64,000 nt of DNA. It comes from the human T2T-CHM13v2.0 reference genome, Homo sapiens. The position numbers were made by a program, and so were the translations under genes. Of the stretch, positions 15,091-30,715 are shown one piece after another (the first letter of the stretch is position 1; each line of letters starts with the position of its first letter). The notes under the pieces were generated by a model. That model was not told where the DNA came from and did no database searches. It saw nothing but the letters and a program-made list of their open reading frames with translations. Location: NCBI RefSeq assembly GCF_009914755.1, contig NC_060931.1; one strand, given 5' to 3'.

Positions 15091-15709
15091 TTGATTCACT
15101 TTTTCATTTTACTTAATTTTAGTGCTCAAATTTTGGTATGTTAGTGTTTTTCATTTGATTATTTTTATTTCTTATTAATGATCTTTTCTGAAAAAAGGAA
15201 AATTCAGTGATCATAACTGAAACTATGATAACCTTATTATTTTGAAATTGTCTTTATTTGTTATTGGACTATATTTTGAAGGCAGTAGAATTTAATACTT
15301 TTCTTAACTTTTTTGTTTGCTTATTCATTCATTAAAAAATTATTTAGTAAGCATCTATGGAGTGCCAAACTTTAGGTATTTGAATACTGTAGGGAATTAA
15401 ATATTGTCTCCTCTTGATGAGCGACGGGTATTACATCAGATACCCTGAAACATTTCAATATGATAAGTCCTATAGTAGAAGTTATCTGAAGTTTTTGTAA
15501 TGAAGAAGGACTAATTTGTCATGAAAATAAATACCATGCAATCTAGTTTTCTTCATTGTAGTTATTACTCAAATATAACTGGGGTTTTCTGTGGCCAGTC
15601 TCAAGGGACAACATTTTTGCCAGAAAAGAAAAAATAAAATTGAAAGCAATTTCAATGTTTACTTAGTTGTATGAGAGACTGCCATGTTGGATGGAATGGG
15701 TATAGTTTT

Positions 15710-16029
<320 letters not shown>

Positions 16030-16155
16030 TAGTTTTCATGTATAGTTATGTAGCAAAGAGTCTTGCACTTCTAGTGGTTGTAAGCTATAATATTTCTTTC
16101 CCACTCTTGATCTGAAAGTTCCCAAATGCACTGGATAAAAAATAGATATATCCAC

Positions 16156-16450
16156 GGCCGGACGTGGTGGCTCATGCCTGTAATCCTACCACTTTGGGAG
16201 GCCAAGACGGGTGGATCACTTGTGCTCAGGAGTTTGAGATCAGTCTGGGCAACATGGTGAAACCCTGTCTGTACAAAAAATACAAAAAGTAGTCGGGCAT
16301 GGTAGCGTGTGCCTGTAGTCCGAGATACTCAGGAGGCTGAGTTGGGAGGATTGCTTGAACCCAGGAGGTCAAGGCTGCAGTGAGTCGAGATCATGCCACT
16401 GCACTCCAGCCTGGGTGACAGAGTGAGAGACTGTCTCAAAAAAGAAAAAA
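16156..16450 (+). mobile_element. Alu (AluJ-type)
   Basis: ggaggattgcttgaacccaggaggtcaaggctgcagtgag (J diagnostics). Confidence 0.93.
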
Positions 16451-17230
16451 TACACGCACGTGTGCACACACACGCACGCAAAGCTGGGACTTTTTTTTTT
16501 TTTTTTTGGAAGCTGGAACCTTAAAGCAATTCATTCTCAGGATAAGAATGAAACAGAAGAAGTCCCCACCTCCTAGGGACCGTGGAAAGAATTGCATTGA
16601 CACTCAGTAGAGGAAGGGAAAATGAGGAAGAAAACTCGTCTCTGAGAGGTTATAGCTTATGTATTGGTTTTTGTTCACATTTGGTAGTCAGATTCTCATT
16701 ACTTGACTATCCATGAAACCTTGTGGTATGATTTTAGTTTAAAGTGATTGTGGATGAATAGTACATTTAAGGTTCTCAGCAGAAGCAAATGCAGATCTTC
16801 TCTGAAAATAGTTACCTTTATTCTAGGCCTCAGGCATTCTCCACAAATCATTATTAGAGGAAAATTGAGCAGTACACACTCAAAGATAACTAAGTATATA
16901 GCAGAAAGTAAGATACTTTAAGAACTAGCAGAACAAATGGCAGAACCCCTTCCAGAATTTTAGATATTAGAATTAAAATTACTGAAAGATACTGGAGTTA
17001 AGTCAACTACTTATATTTAAAGAAATAAAAGAAATTGGACACTAAAAAGTGATGTGGCAGATTTGAAAAAGAACCAAATAAAACTTCTATAAATGAAAAA
17101 TATAATAATAAAAGTCAGTTTTGACAAGATTTTCCACTAAGCACAGATAGAAAAGATGAAATAGAAGTCAAATTTTAAAAAATATTTTTGAAGGTAGTAT
17201 ATTGAAAATAAGGTAGTAAAGAGTGATGGG

Positions 17231-17469
17231 AATGAATAAGACCTACTATTTGATAGCACAATAGGCTGACTGTAGTCAATAATAACTATATATTTTTAAG
17301 TAACGTAAGGAATGTAGTTGGATTGTTTGTAACTTGAAGGATAAATGTTTGAGGTTAGGGGTACCCCATTCTCCACGATGTGCGTATTTCACATTGCATC
17401 CCTGTATCAAAACATCTCATGTACCCTGTAAATATATACACCTACTGTGTGCCCACAAAATTTTTTTTC
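17231..17469 (+). mobile_element. L1MA 3' end inserted in older L1M-like sequence (about 16500-18080)
   Basis: aatgaataagacctactatttgatagcacaatagg...gtatcaaaacatctcatgtaccc; possible TSD agtgatggg. Confidence 0.8.
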
Positions 17470-18470
17470 AAAAGTGATGGGGCCAAGATTCAGAAGACTA
17501 TGGGAATCTAAAAAGAACTACTTTGGGGCCACTTTTCTACTGAGTAGCCTAAAGAAGTTCTAAGAGATTAAGAAGCTGAAATAGCACCTTTGACAAACCC
17601 CTGGAGCCAGGGAGTTATAGATTAGAAGCTAGAATCTGGGGTGTGGTAGGGTGGTAGACTCCTCTTGCTCTGGGTGAAGACCCTGAAGCTATGTCTGAAG
17701 AGTGAGCGTGAACCAGAAATAATCTGGCCCTCACAGGGAGTGAAGTCCAGTTTCATATCATCCCGGTACTTGAAACTGGATTAAAATAATCAGGAATTGG
17801 TAGTATCCCTAGCAATAGACCTACAGTAGAAGATATACTTTTTTAGGAAGCTGATACCCTAGGCATGTAGTTACTTTTAGTTTTTCATATTTGGTGTCTA
17901 TCAAAATAGAGGGATTTACAGATAATAGGAGTTTCAGATACAAGTCTTAAAATAAGTGCCCTTGCTATGTGAAAGGAAAAAAGGAGATGAAAATTAATAT
18001 TGAAAATTTTGGCAAAGAACTGAAAACTGTATTAAAAAATACCAACAAAAAATGAAAAATACAATACCCAAAATGCAAATTGCACTTATGAGAATAAAAT
18101 AAGAATGTATGCAAAAGCATTTTCTGAAATTTAGTATACTTTATGTAAAGTAGCAGTATTATTATAGGCAGGTATTGCTAAGAAAATAATTGTTGCCAGT
18201 AATATAATATTGCAGATGCAAAAAGTTATTCACTTTTTAGTTTATTCTAATAAGCTGTTATGTGACCTGCTTGTTTCAAATCACTTAAGAGGATACTCAT
18301 GCTGTATAAATTAGTTTTATTTAGTTTTGAATAAGGAGAAACCTTATTTCACTAAATGTTGATGTGTTTTTGAATTCTTCCCATAATCATACGGTAATTG
18401 CAAGGATTAGGATACATGTAGTAGCTACTTTGCTGCCCTTAAACTATGGCAAGTATTTTGGTTTCATATA

Positions 18471-18775
18471 CAGTTGATTCTGGTTATTCACAGTAGTTAT
18501 GTCCTATAAAGTAGTCATGAACAGTGATTTAGCAAATACTGAACCATTGCTCCTAGAAAAATACAGGGTTAGGTTCCTGTGAGTCTTTGGTTAAATATTT
18601 TCATCAGCTAATCAATGTATAATCTTGTCTTATGTATGTTTCTGTTTAAAGAAACCTTAATATAAGTATTTTTGATTCATTAACATTGAATTCACAGCCA
18701 ACAGTACTATAACTCATATCATAATGAGTTTATCTAACACATGTATTTTCTCCATAAGGCATATCATTTACTTAA
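18471..18775. mobile_element. TcMar-Tigger non-autonomous element (MER82-like), partial
   Basis: TA|cagttgattctggttattcacagtagttatg...gaaccattgctcctag...cagggttaggttcctg. Confidence 0.6.
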
Positions 18776-19228
18776 ACTACTTTGGAAGAAGCTTATAATT
18801 GCAGTAAAGGAGTTATGATCTAACCCTTATTATGTCAATTAAAAAGACATTTGTAACTGCCTGTACATTTTAACCAACCCTAGAGAGTTTTCACCAGTCA
18901 TCTTGAAAGACATGTTTTCCATGACAGTATCAGTAACTACTGTAACCACATATATGATGACAGGGAAGGGTGATATTATATCTTTAAAGCATTTATGGGA
19001 TTTTCATTCATGCTACATTTACTCTACCAGCACAGATGATCCAGAATTAACAGCAATGTTTTCTCATTAAGGTCTCAAAATATTGCCCCCATCACTGTGA
19101 AAATGACTTTAATGTTTTTGTTTATACAAATTACAAATACTAAAAGTGAGAATCAAAAAGGAGATAAAAGCATAAGAAATCTAAAATAAATTAGAAATCA
19201 GCTGAATTCCATCATCCTGACCTCATCA

Positions 19229-19251
19229 CTACCACCACCACCACCACCACT
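19229..19251. repeat. (ACC)n trinucleotide repeat
   Basis: Direct read. Confidence 0.8.
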
Positions 19252-19679
19252 GCCATCATTTTGAAGATGATTCAGCTTAACTCTGTGCATACACTCACAC
19301 AGACACATAATTTACGTAACATGTTGGTTTTATAAATGGGAATAACTTTTTAAAAGAAAATAATTGTTTTCTTTTTTTTGTCCTCTCATCTCCTTCTCTC
19401 TAGTAACCAATGCTAACAATCAGGTTTGTGCCCATTCATATCTTTATATGGGTTCATTGCATCAAATACTAATTTAAACATGTACATGCATACATCTGTA
19501 TGTACTCACAAACATACTGGCAAGCGCAAGTGTCATTATTCAGGTAATAATAGTAGGATCTTGTTACCTACTTGATTTCTGTTGTATGAATATCTCACAG
19601 TTTGTTTATCCATATACCTGTTAATGAACATTGAATCGTTTTCCAATTTTTGGCTATTACAAAGATGTGCTAAAAATTA

Positions 19680-20119
<440 letters not shown>

Positions 20120-20323
20120 TTAAAATTTGTTGTTATTGTTCAGTTTTGAGAGTTCTGTGTATGTTTTGTATTTAAGTTCTTTATCAGATTTATATATGAT
20201 TTGCAAATATTTTCTTTGCATCTGTGGTTTCCCCTTCCTGTTCTCCCCACTCACTGCCCCAGCCTTCCTTCTGTTCCAATATTAGAGGGAATCATCATTA
20301 AGCATGATGCTTAGCTATAGATA

Positions 20324-20634
<311 letters not shown>

Positions 20635-20819
20635 AGCTACGGATATTTTATATATGTCCTGTGTTTCTTTGAGAAAATTTCCTCCTGTTTGAAGTTTTCT
20701 GAGAATTTCTAATCCTGAATGGATATTGAATTTTGTTGCTATTGTTCCACACCTTAAAACCTTTTTATGTTTCTCTACTTGTCCTAGAACAGAGTCCAAA
20801 TTTCTTAATATGGTCACAA

Positions 20820-21212
20820 ATTACACCTCCTTCCAGCAGAAGGTGCAGTCTCTTCTACCTCATGAGTCTTGGTTGGTCTTGTGATTTTCTTTGACCAACA
20901 GAAAAGTCTAAGAAAGTGATATTGCAACTTCTAAGCAAGGCCTGTAGAAGCTTAGAGATAAATGTGCTTGAGGAAAGCCTATTTAGCTTCTTTGAGGTTG
21001 AAAGCCCAATCCCAGTTAACCCCAGCCTTCCCATTCCCCACTCCAGTTAAGCCCAGTCCCCTAGCCAATCCATCAGCTTAATACAACTACATGAATGAAT
21101 CCAGCAGCTACCAATGGAAAAGCTGTCTAGCAAACCCACAGAATCATGAGAAATCATGAACCACTGTTGTTTTAAGACACTGGAGTGATTTATTACATAA
21201 CCTCAGATATAC
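20820..21212 (+). mobile_element. Old MLT1-type MaLR LTR
   Basis: tgtgattttctttgaccaacagaa...acccacagaatcatgagaaat...tgttgttttaagac. Confidence 0.6.
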
Positions 21213-21239
21213 ATAGATATAAAATCTGGACTTTTCTAG

Positions 21240-21760
21240 TCTCATTTTTGTACTTCCTGTTTCTTTGCCAGTTCTTTCCATCACAGTAAATGATATCACC
21301 ACTTACCCTGTTATTGAAGTCAGAAACTATGTCATCATCCTTAATGCCTCCCTCTTTTTCCCCTGCATCCAATCTGTCACCAAATCCCATCAATTGTTTC
21401 TCCAAAATGTGTGTCAAAACTGTCTACTGTTGTCCATCTCCACGCTATTTTAGTCCAAGTCTCCTTCATCTCACCTCTTTCCTGAGTTTATTGTGACAGC
21501 ATCCTAACTGGTGTGCCAGTTCTTTTAATCCGCTCTCTGTAATGCACATTGTGTGCATATGTGTGTGTAATGTTAATCAGATCATAGCTTTTTGTTGTGC
21601 TTAATAGATCCCATTGAATTTATAATTCAAACTTCATGTAATTGCACAAACTGCATGATCTGGTGACTGCCTCCTCTTCATTTTCAACACATACCATTTT
21701 CTGCCCTGCCTATTAGGCTGCAACCACACTGGCATTTTAACAGCAGTACCTAGAACTAAT
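21240..21760 (+). mobile_element. L2 fragment
   Basis: catccaatctgtcaccaaatccc...ctccttcatctcacct...gcatcctaactgg. Confidence 0.65.
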
Positions 21761-21807
21761 TTTCATAAGCATTCACTACTTTTTTTTTTTTTGCCTGGCT
21801 GGCTCTG

Positions 21808-22261
21808 TGTAGTAGATTGAATGGTCCCTCCCCCCACCCCCACCCCTACCAAGATATGTGACATCTCAGAATGTGACCTTATTTGGAATAAAGTGTTAGT
21901 AAATGTAATTAAGGTAGGGATCTCGAGGTGAGAGCATCTTTGATTAGGGTGGCCTATAAATCCAATGACAAGTGTCCTTACTAGACACAGAAAAGACACA
22001 GATACAGGGAAGAAAGCCATGTGAAGATGGGTGGCAGAGATAGGAGTTACACTGTCACAAGCCAGAAAAAAAATCAAGAGCCACCAGATACTGGAAGAGG
22101 CAAAGAAGGATCCTTTCTGAGGTCCTTTGAAGGGAGCATGGTACTGCTGACACTGTAGTTTAAGACTTCAGGCCTCCAGAACTATGAGAAAATAAATTTC
22201 TGTTGTTTTAAAGCCATCGATTTGTTATAATTTGTTATGGAAACCCAAGGAAACTAATACA
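21808..22261 (+). mobile_element. MLT1B/C MaLR solo LTR
   Basis: tgtagtagattgaatggtccc...gaatgtgaccttatttggaa...ggcctccagaactatgagaaaataaatttctgttg...aaactaataca. Confidence 0.88.
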
Positions 22262-22284
22262 CCCTATAGTACACCTATAGTTAG

Positions 22285-22450
22285 CTGTGTAACTATATTT
22301 CTTCATCTGTAAAATGAGGATGAAGAGAGTAACCTGTGTTCATATATTCCTCCCACTACTGCTACTACTGTGAATGAGCTAATGCATGTAAAAGTCTCAG
22401 CAATGTGCCAAATAAGAAGTTAGTGCTCACAAAATGTTAGCGTTATTTTC
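22285..22450 (+). mobile_element. MIR fragment
   Basis: ttcttcatctgtaaaatgagga...gagctaatgcatgtaaaag...gtgctcacaaaatgttagc. Confidence 0.6.
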
Positions 22451-22481
22451 ATTGCCATTCTTAACACCACCAGCTTAATTC

Positions 22482-24005
22482 TTTTTTTATTGAGGTAAAA
22501 TCACACATAATATAAAGTTAGCCATTTTAAAGTATATAATTCAGTGACATTTAGTGCATTTACAGAATTGAGCAACTATCACCTCCATCTAGTTCCAAAA
22601 TATTTTCATTGTCCACAAAGAAACTTCATATACCCAGTAAGGAGTATCTCCTTTTCGATCTCAGCCCAGTTTTTGACAACCACTAATCTGCTTTATGCCT
22701 CTATGCATTTACTTGTTCTGGGTAAGTCAGACTGGCTTTTGTATCTGACTTTTTTCACTTAGTATGTTTTTGAGGTTAATCCAGGTTGTAGTGTGTGTCA
22801 GTGTGCATTCCTTCATATGGCGGAATACTACATTGCACAGAAATACTGTAATTTGGCCATTCATCAGTCGACGGACATTTGGGTTGTTTCCACCTTTTGG
22901 CTATTGTGAACAGTACCCCTGTGAACATTCATGTACGACTGTTTGTTTGTATACCTTTTTTTTTTTTCCTCATTTCATTTGGGTTTATACCTAGGAGTGG
23001 ACATTCTTGGTCGTGTAGTAATTCTGTTTAACTTTTTGAGGCACTGCCAAATGATTTTCCACAGTATGTGTACCGTTTTACATTCCTGCCAGCAATGCAT
23101 GAGAGTTCCAGTTTCTTTACATCTTTGTCAACACTTACGGTTTTGCATTTTAAAATTATTATTATTATTGCCATCTTAGTGGATGTGAAATGGTATTTTG
23201 TGATTTGGATTTACATTTTCCTGATGACTAATGATGTTAAGCATCTTTTCATGTGCCTGTTGGCCATTTGTTTACTTTCTTTGGAGAAAGGGCTATTCAG
23301 GTCCTTTATCTGTTTTTAAATTGGGTTGTTTGTCTTTTTGTTGTTAAATTGTAGGGGCATTTTTAATATATTCCAGATACCAGACTCTTATCAGATATAT
23401 GATTTGCAAATATTTTCTCCCATTCTATAGGGTGTCTTTTCACTTTCTTGATAGTATCCTTTGATACTAAAATTTTAGTTTTGATGAAATCCAATTTATT
23501 TTATTTTGTTTGTACTTTTGCTGTCATATCTAAGAATCCGGTGCCAAATCCAGAGTCATGAAGATTTGCCCGTAGTTTTTGTCTAAGATGTTTAAAGTTT
23601 TAGCTCTTACATTTAGGTCTTCAGTCTTTTTTTTTTTTTTTTTGAGCTAGAGTCTTACTCTGTTACTCAAGCTAGAGTGCAATGGCGTGATCTTGGCTCA
23701 CTGCAACCTCCATCTCTAGGGTTCAAGCAATTCTCCTGCCTCAGCCTCCTGAGTAGCTAGGATTACAGGCGACCGCCACCATGCCTGGCTAATTTTTGTA
23801 TTTTTAGTAAAAACGGGGTTTCACCATGTTGGCCAGGCCGGTCTCAAACCCCTGACCTTGTGATCCGCCCACCTCGGCCTCCCAAAGTGCTGGGATTACA
23901 GGTGTGAGCCACCGCACCCGGCCAGGTCTTCAGTCCTAAAGGATTGATGTTGGATCAGTTTTTATCCATTTTGAGTTGATTTTTGTGTGTGATAAGAGGC
24001 AGGAC
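22482..24005 (-). mobile_element. L1MB-type 3' end, interrupted by the Alu at 23627-23923
   Basis: ttttattgaggtaaaatcacac...ttggctattgtgaa...tttgcaaatattttctccc antisense L1. Confidence 0.85.
23627..23923 (-). mobile_element. Alu (AluSg-like)
   Basis: TSD aggtcttcagtc at 23615-26 and 23924-35. Confidence 0.95.
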
Positions 24006-24731
24006 CAGCAAGTTTATTCTTAACCGTCTTTATCACCTATATTATCCAATATCGTGAAGCATGACGTCTCTCCAACAAAACATCTGATTGGTTTTTCTAA
24101 ATAGCTTTTCCAACATGTGTTCAAGGAGTGGTAATTTTCTTCTTAATTTTTATAATAGAGAACAGTCTGCGTGATGTTCTCTATTTAATTGATCCCGTTT
24201 TATCCAATGTGTAATAGGAAAATGAGCTACATTAGACGTATCTAGAGTAGATTTGGGTTTCAAATTTGTAAACTTGGCAGGGTTGATTAGTAAATCTTTG
24301 CTTCTACATCTAAAAATTTTAGTGCCGCTTTCAAACATTGGTTTAGTTATTGAAGTAGAGTCCATAGAAATATGTAATTGTTATTTTTGTATTCTAATCT
24401 TGTTTTATTTGGTTTTGCATAGTTTGGTTATATCTTTTATTGAATACTGTTCTTTGATTAGAAGTTATCTCACTAGTTCTTTTTTTCCTCCCTTCACCTA
24501 CAGTGTTGGGGATAATGTAGTTTTTGGGATCTACTGGCGTGAAAAGTGGTTCTGGTGGGATAACCTTTATAAGGCTGTTATGTACTATTCTATAGCTTTA
24601 AAAAAATCTGCTAGTACAGGATGGACAAGGATGGACCTTATACATTCTTCTGTTAACTGGCAATAGTTTTAAAGTTGTCTAACATTTGTTTTAAACAGAA
24701 GAGGATATAATTTGGTCGTTTCTTTTTTTAG

Positions 24732-24875
<144 letters not shown>

Positions 24876-25498
24876 TGAGTTATGGTTATGTTGAAGAGAG
24901 CTGTCTTCTAAACAAAACGTAGTCTTAGTCTTTTTGTAGCTAATCTGCATGGTTTGATTTTTCTTTCAAAGGAGAAAAGAGTATTCCTTCTATTCTATCC
25001 CTAATGCCTTAGTTTAATACTGTGGCTTGAGTTAGCTTTCTTTTTTATTTTTATTTTTTAACCAACAGACCCTAGTTAATATTTTTACCAAAGAAGAAAC
25101 AAACTTTTTTGTTTCATCCTTTTTTAACTGTATTTTTGAGCTGTTAATGACTTCAGAAATATTTTCAGCTTTAATGAAATTTTTTGCTATAATCTTTGCT
25201 GTAAAAAAAAATACAGGCTCTATCCAAAACACTAAGATTAATTGCCCTAATCCAGAAGCAATATTCTAGTGGTTTACTGTAAGTTGGAGACTAGAAAGAG
25301 GAATGTTTTATAAATTGAAAGATGCGTGACTACGCCAAGCACAGTGCCTGTCACTTGGAAGGAGCTCAGTAAATTTGAGTTTTAATAATATTTGACCACC
25401 GGGAATGAAGGTGTTAATTTGCTGCCCAGCAAATGAAAAATCAGATAGCTAATGGAATGGACAAATGAAACCATGGAGATTTAGAATATATTTGTGAT

Positions 25499-25802
25499 GG
25501 CTGGGTGTGGTGGCTCATGCCTGTAATCCCAGAACTTTGGGAGGCTGAGGCAGGTGGATCACGAGGTCAGGAGTTCAAGACCAGCCTGGCCAGCACAGTG
25601 AAACCCTGTCTCTAATAAAAATGCAAAGATTAGCTGGACATGGTAGCGGACGACTGTAGTCCCATCTACTTGGGAGGCTGAGGCAGGAGAATCACTTGAA
25701 CCTGGGAGTCAGAGGTTGCAGTGAGCCAAGATCGCACCACTGCACTCCAGCTGGGGTGAAACAGTGAGACTCTGTCTCAAAAACAAAAACAAAAACAAAA
25801 AC
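25499..25802 (+). mobile_element. Alu (AluSg-like) with (A5C)n tail
   Basis: TSD aatatatttgtga. Confidence 0.95.
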
Positions 25803-26454
25803 AATATATTTGTGACATGGTATGGCCCATTAACATAATATTTTATATAAGCAAATACTCTATACTGTATTTAAGTCATGAAAGTATTTCAGGAAATGTA
25901 AAGCAACCTGAGGGTGAGTGACTTTCCCATAAATCATTGTGTCAGTCCTAGTTGTTTAAGTAGAGAGGTGATATCCATTTATTTTTATTTAGGATAAAGC
26001 AGATGCTATTAAGCCAACAGAGTAAGGTTGGCTTTGAAAATTTGTTGAACTATAAAAGAAACATTGGCATCTCAGTCAGAATTAAATAACTAAATTCTTT
26101 GGCGTATTCTAATATGTGGTTTTAAATTGTCAGATTTGACTGTGAATTATTTTTGAATTTCATTCTTACCGTTGAAAATTTTATGTTATATTCAGTTATC
26201 CATTCAGGACACTAGGCCCTGTCACACATTTTTAAACACCGTAGCTACATTCTTTATAATACTGAACATTTTTCATTAATCCTCGTATAATTAAGAGAAT
26301 CCAGTTATAATGCTGTTGATTTGAATGTACCGGTTTTGACCTATATGCCCATGTTCAACTACTTGTTTATATTGTCTTGGTCATAATATTTTGAGCATGA
26401 GTTTAAACTTAAAACCTGAGTGTGCATTAATTCGTGTTCTAGTGCATTTACTAA

Positions 26455-26601
<147 letters not shown>

Positions 26602-26626
26602 TGAAATAGAAACAAATTCTTGATAT

Positions 26627-26839
26627 CATCAGTCAGCAAACTATAGCCCATAGACCAAATCCTGCAGGCCTCTTGTTTTTTTAAATACAATTTTATGGGA
26701 ATATTGCTGCGCTGGTTTGTTTACATATTGTCTGTATCTGCTTTTGTGCTACAAAAGTAGACTTGAGTAGTTGCAAGAGACCACAGAGCCCCTTAAATTT
26801 ACTCTTTGGTCCTTTACAGGAGAAGTTTGCTGACTTCTG
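26627..26839. mobile_element. MER58A-like hAT MITE
   Basis: gtcagcaaact...agtttgctgac inverted termini; internal gtttacatattgtc...ttgagtagttgc. Confidence 0.8.
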
Positions 26840-27212
26840 CTTTATATAAATTCATTACTAAGTGGCAGTTATTTCAAGTGGAATCTTTTCCAAATGTTTT
26901 CTCATTTGAAAGTTTTCTTAGATTTTATGGGATCTAGTGATTTGATTGCCTTAATTTTATGGAAGGTTTATCACTTATACTAAAACAATAATATTCTAAA
27001 ACCAAATACTGATAAAATCCTTAAGGCAGTATATTATGGTTATTATCAGTTGTGTTCTTTTATTTTATTTATTTATTTTTTTTAGTTAAATGCTGGTCAA
27101 ACCCATTAAATTGATTTAATGACCCATCGATAGGTTGCAAATCACTGTTTGAAAAATATTACCTTAAGGCATGTATTTATTTAGCAAGTATTTTAGCTTA
27201 AGAAAGTATTTA

Positions 27213-27580
<368 letters not shown>

Positions 27581-28144
27581 TTAAAGTGAATTAGATACTT
27601 TGAAGAATAATAATAAAAGCCAGAGTCCACATTTTGATTTGGGAGAATAATTACTCTTTTGGAGCAAACATAGTCATTGTTTGCCAATCTATCAAGAGTT
27701 GCTGCCATTTTGTTTTGTGACTCAAACAGTTCTGTAGGGCAAAAGAATATTTGAGGTCTTAAGAAAAACTGCTTATATACAGAAACTGTTTTTGGAACAA
27801 TTGGATTCCAGTATGTCACTTTGTAGTAATTATAGTTTCTGTTGTTATAATAAATACTTATAAATTAAAACCTATATTCTGTTTTCTTATAAGAATTTAT
27901 GAGCAAGCAAATTTTAAAAATAAATTTAACTTTCGGTTATTTACTTCTTTTGCACTGGGTAATGTTTTCATCAGTATTTAGAGTTATCAGTTCCTAAAGA
28001 CCTTTGCATAGCTTTAACAATTTTATGATTTTATGTTGCAAGTATACAAGCAGTGGAAATTGGAACCTTTTCCAGCCCTGTCAGCCTTTTTTCCCCTTTC
28101 TTTTCTTTTTTGCTGAGTATTTGAATATGTGCACTTAAAAAATT

Positions 28145-28440
28145 TCCCCCCAGCTTTACTAAGGTATAATTGACAAATAATAATTATATATATTTATGGT
28201 TTACAATGTGATGTTTTGACATATGAATACATTGTGAAATTATTAAATCAAGCTAATTAACATATCCCTCACCTCACATACTTAACATTTTTTTATGGTG
28301 AGAACATTTAAGATCTACTCTCTGAGCAATTTTCAGTTATTACTATAGTCACCATGCTGTACAGTAGATCTCCAGAACTTATTCTTCCTGCTTGACTGAA
28401 ACTTTTTACCCTTTCACCAACAGCCACGCATTTCTCTCAT
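28145..28440 (-). mobile_element. L1MA 3' end fragment
   Basis: ccagctttactaaggtataattgacaaat...ggtgagaacatttaagatctactc...gatctccagaacttattc. Confidence 0.85.
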
Positions 28441-30214
28441 CACCTTTTTAATTATAGGGCATAATGATGTCTTTTACTTGATCTAGGGTTAGTTTAATGG
28501 TATTTAGGCAAAATGTTAATTGGAGCTTTCCAAATAATAGTAGACACTTATTAGCCCATTTTCTATTTAGGATATTAATATATAGATAACTTAGTATGTC
28601 TTACTTTTCTCTTAAAATATGTTAATACCGGTCAGCAGTGTATTTGCTTCCCAACCCTTTCCCAAGCATTCTCTTAAGAACTTTTTTTTTTAAGTAATAT
28701 AAGGAAAATATGGAACTAAAAGGCCGTATGTTAGGTCATATTTTTAGTTTGTCATATTTTCTTCAAAAGTTATTCCAGTAAAGGACTTGAATGATGTATA
28801 GCTCTCTTTTGATGTTAGTTTAGCACAGACGTTTATTTCATTTAGGTAAATCGTTAGAATTTGACTTAAAAAAAGCCTTTGAGTATTTTACATCTGTGTT
28901 CTATAGTGACATGTTTGAAAGATCTTGCTTTATTTAAAAAACAAGTTAATGCTTAAACAGCAAAATTTCTCAATTTAGTCAGCCTTCAATTATTCACAGT
29001 AATGGAGGGGAACAGAAGCAAGGCTAACACAATGGCAGATAATCTCCAAATTGTTTATTGACATGTAACTATAATAATTTTCATTTATAATGAATGTAGC
29101 TTATTAAGCAAATTGAAGTAAGTTTGGTCATAAATTGTTAACAAGGAAAATAGCCCACATTTCTACTGTGTGGCAGGGGTTAACTTTTAAGATCTGTTGT
29201 GGATAATTCAGAGTACCAGTAAAGCTGAACTGATGTCATTGGACTGCCTTCCTTCAGGAAAGTTTTACTTTCCTTTCTTAAGTTACCTTTTGTATAAAAT
29301 GAGGATGTTAATGCTTTTTCTGTCTAATGGTAGGATAGGTAGCTATATTGGATATTTTCTTGAATTCTGTTCCAGTTTGTGGATCTGTGGTTTTAATTTA
29401 AGAGTACATTTATGGAAGAAATGATTGCATTTTGGATATCTCTTTTGCACATTTTCGTACTTATATTTTTAAAGTTTGTGTTTACATGCCTTCTTACATG
29501 TAGTATTCTAGGGACTTTGATGGGACTTAGTGTAGAAGGACAGTTGGCCTTAGAAAGAAGCTTGGTTTTAGATAAGACCTAGAGGTGAAAGGAAAATTTA
29601 GTAACAGAGGTGAGTTATTAATTGGGAGACTGGATTCCAGAGGGCAAGTTAAAGTTTGGGAAGGGAAAGCTCAGCAGGAGATTAGATCAGAGGAAAGTAA
29701 ACATAAAATGGGTTGAGGGTATTGGTTACAGATGGCTCAAAGGGTTTACATTCTGATTTATAGCCACAATAACAGCTGTATGAGGAAATCAGGGGTAGGT
29801 GAGGGCAAAAAGAGGTACAGGGTCTTGGAAGGATTCAGGGGGAGTCTTGGTTTTTGGTAAATGGAGAGATGTGGATTTTTGTAAAGGAGTCAGCTGCAGC
29901 CTGGATGATTGTGGAGACTTCAGAGAGCGGCTTTAACTCTGGCTGGATGCAGCATGAAATCTGAGCATGAAGTCTGGGTATTAGTTCCAGGAAGCCCTTT
30001 AGGAGAGCATGTGGAAAAGTGACATTTTAGAAGTATACTATTAAGAGGAAAATTAATATAATAATAATAGATAATAACAGCTAACATTTATTGAACACTT
30101 AGTATGTGCCAGTTACTGTGCTAAGTATACTTATGTCATTAAATCTGTAGTAGAATAGTAGATGCACTCTTTCAGAATAGTTAATCTTGAATTTTTAGGA
30201 TCTCTCAGAACCTC

Positions 30215-30516
30215 TTTTTTTTTTTTTTTTTGGGAGGTGGAGTTTCACTCTTGTTGCCTAGGCTGGAGTGCAATGGCACAATCTCGGCTCACCACAACTT
30301 CCTGCCTCCTGGGTTCAAGCGATTCTCCTGCCTCAGCCTCCTAAGTAGCCGTGATTACAGGCATGCGCCACCATGCCCGGCTAATTTTGTATTTTTAGTA
30401 GAGACGGGGTTTCTCCATGTTGGTCAGACTGGTCTTGAACTCCCGACCTGAGGCGATCCACCCGCCTTGGCCTCCCAAAGTGCTGGGATTACAGGCGTGA
30501 GCCACTGCGCCTGGCC
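30215..30516 (-). mobile_element. Alu (AluSp-like)
   Basis: tttcactcttgttgcc, tttctccatgttggtcag, ctcccgacct diagnostics. Confidence 0.93.
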
Positions 30517-30518
30517 TA

Positions 30519-30715
30519 ATTTTTTTTTTTTTTTTAAGAGGCAGAGTCTTGCTCTGTTGCTCAGGTGGCACAATTAGAGCTCAGTGCAACCTCCAGTTCC
30601 TGGGCTCAAGCCATGTTCCGGCCTCAGCCTCCCTAGTAGCACACCACCACACCTGGCTAATTTTAAAAACAATTTTTTTGTAGAAACTGAGTCTTGCTGT
30701 CTTGCCCAGGCTGGC
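30519..30715 (-). mobile_element. Partial AluJ-type element
   Basis: Poly-T, right arm and part of the left arm with deletions. Confidence 0.8.

Noticed and set aside
24253-24666. 137-aa + strand ORF just upstream of exon 3
   Set aside because: Non-ATG start, composition driven by T-richness, no recognisable domain, and not part of the muskelin sequence.
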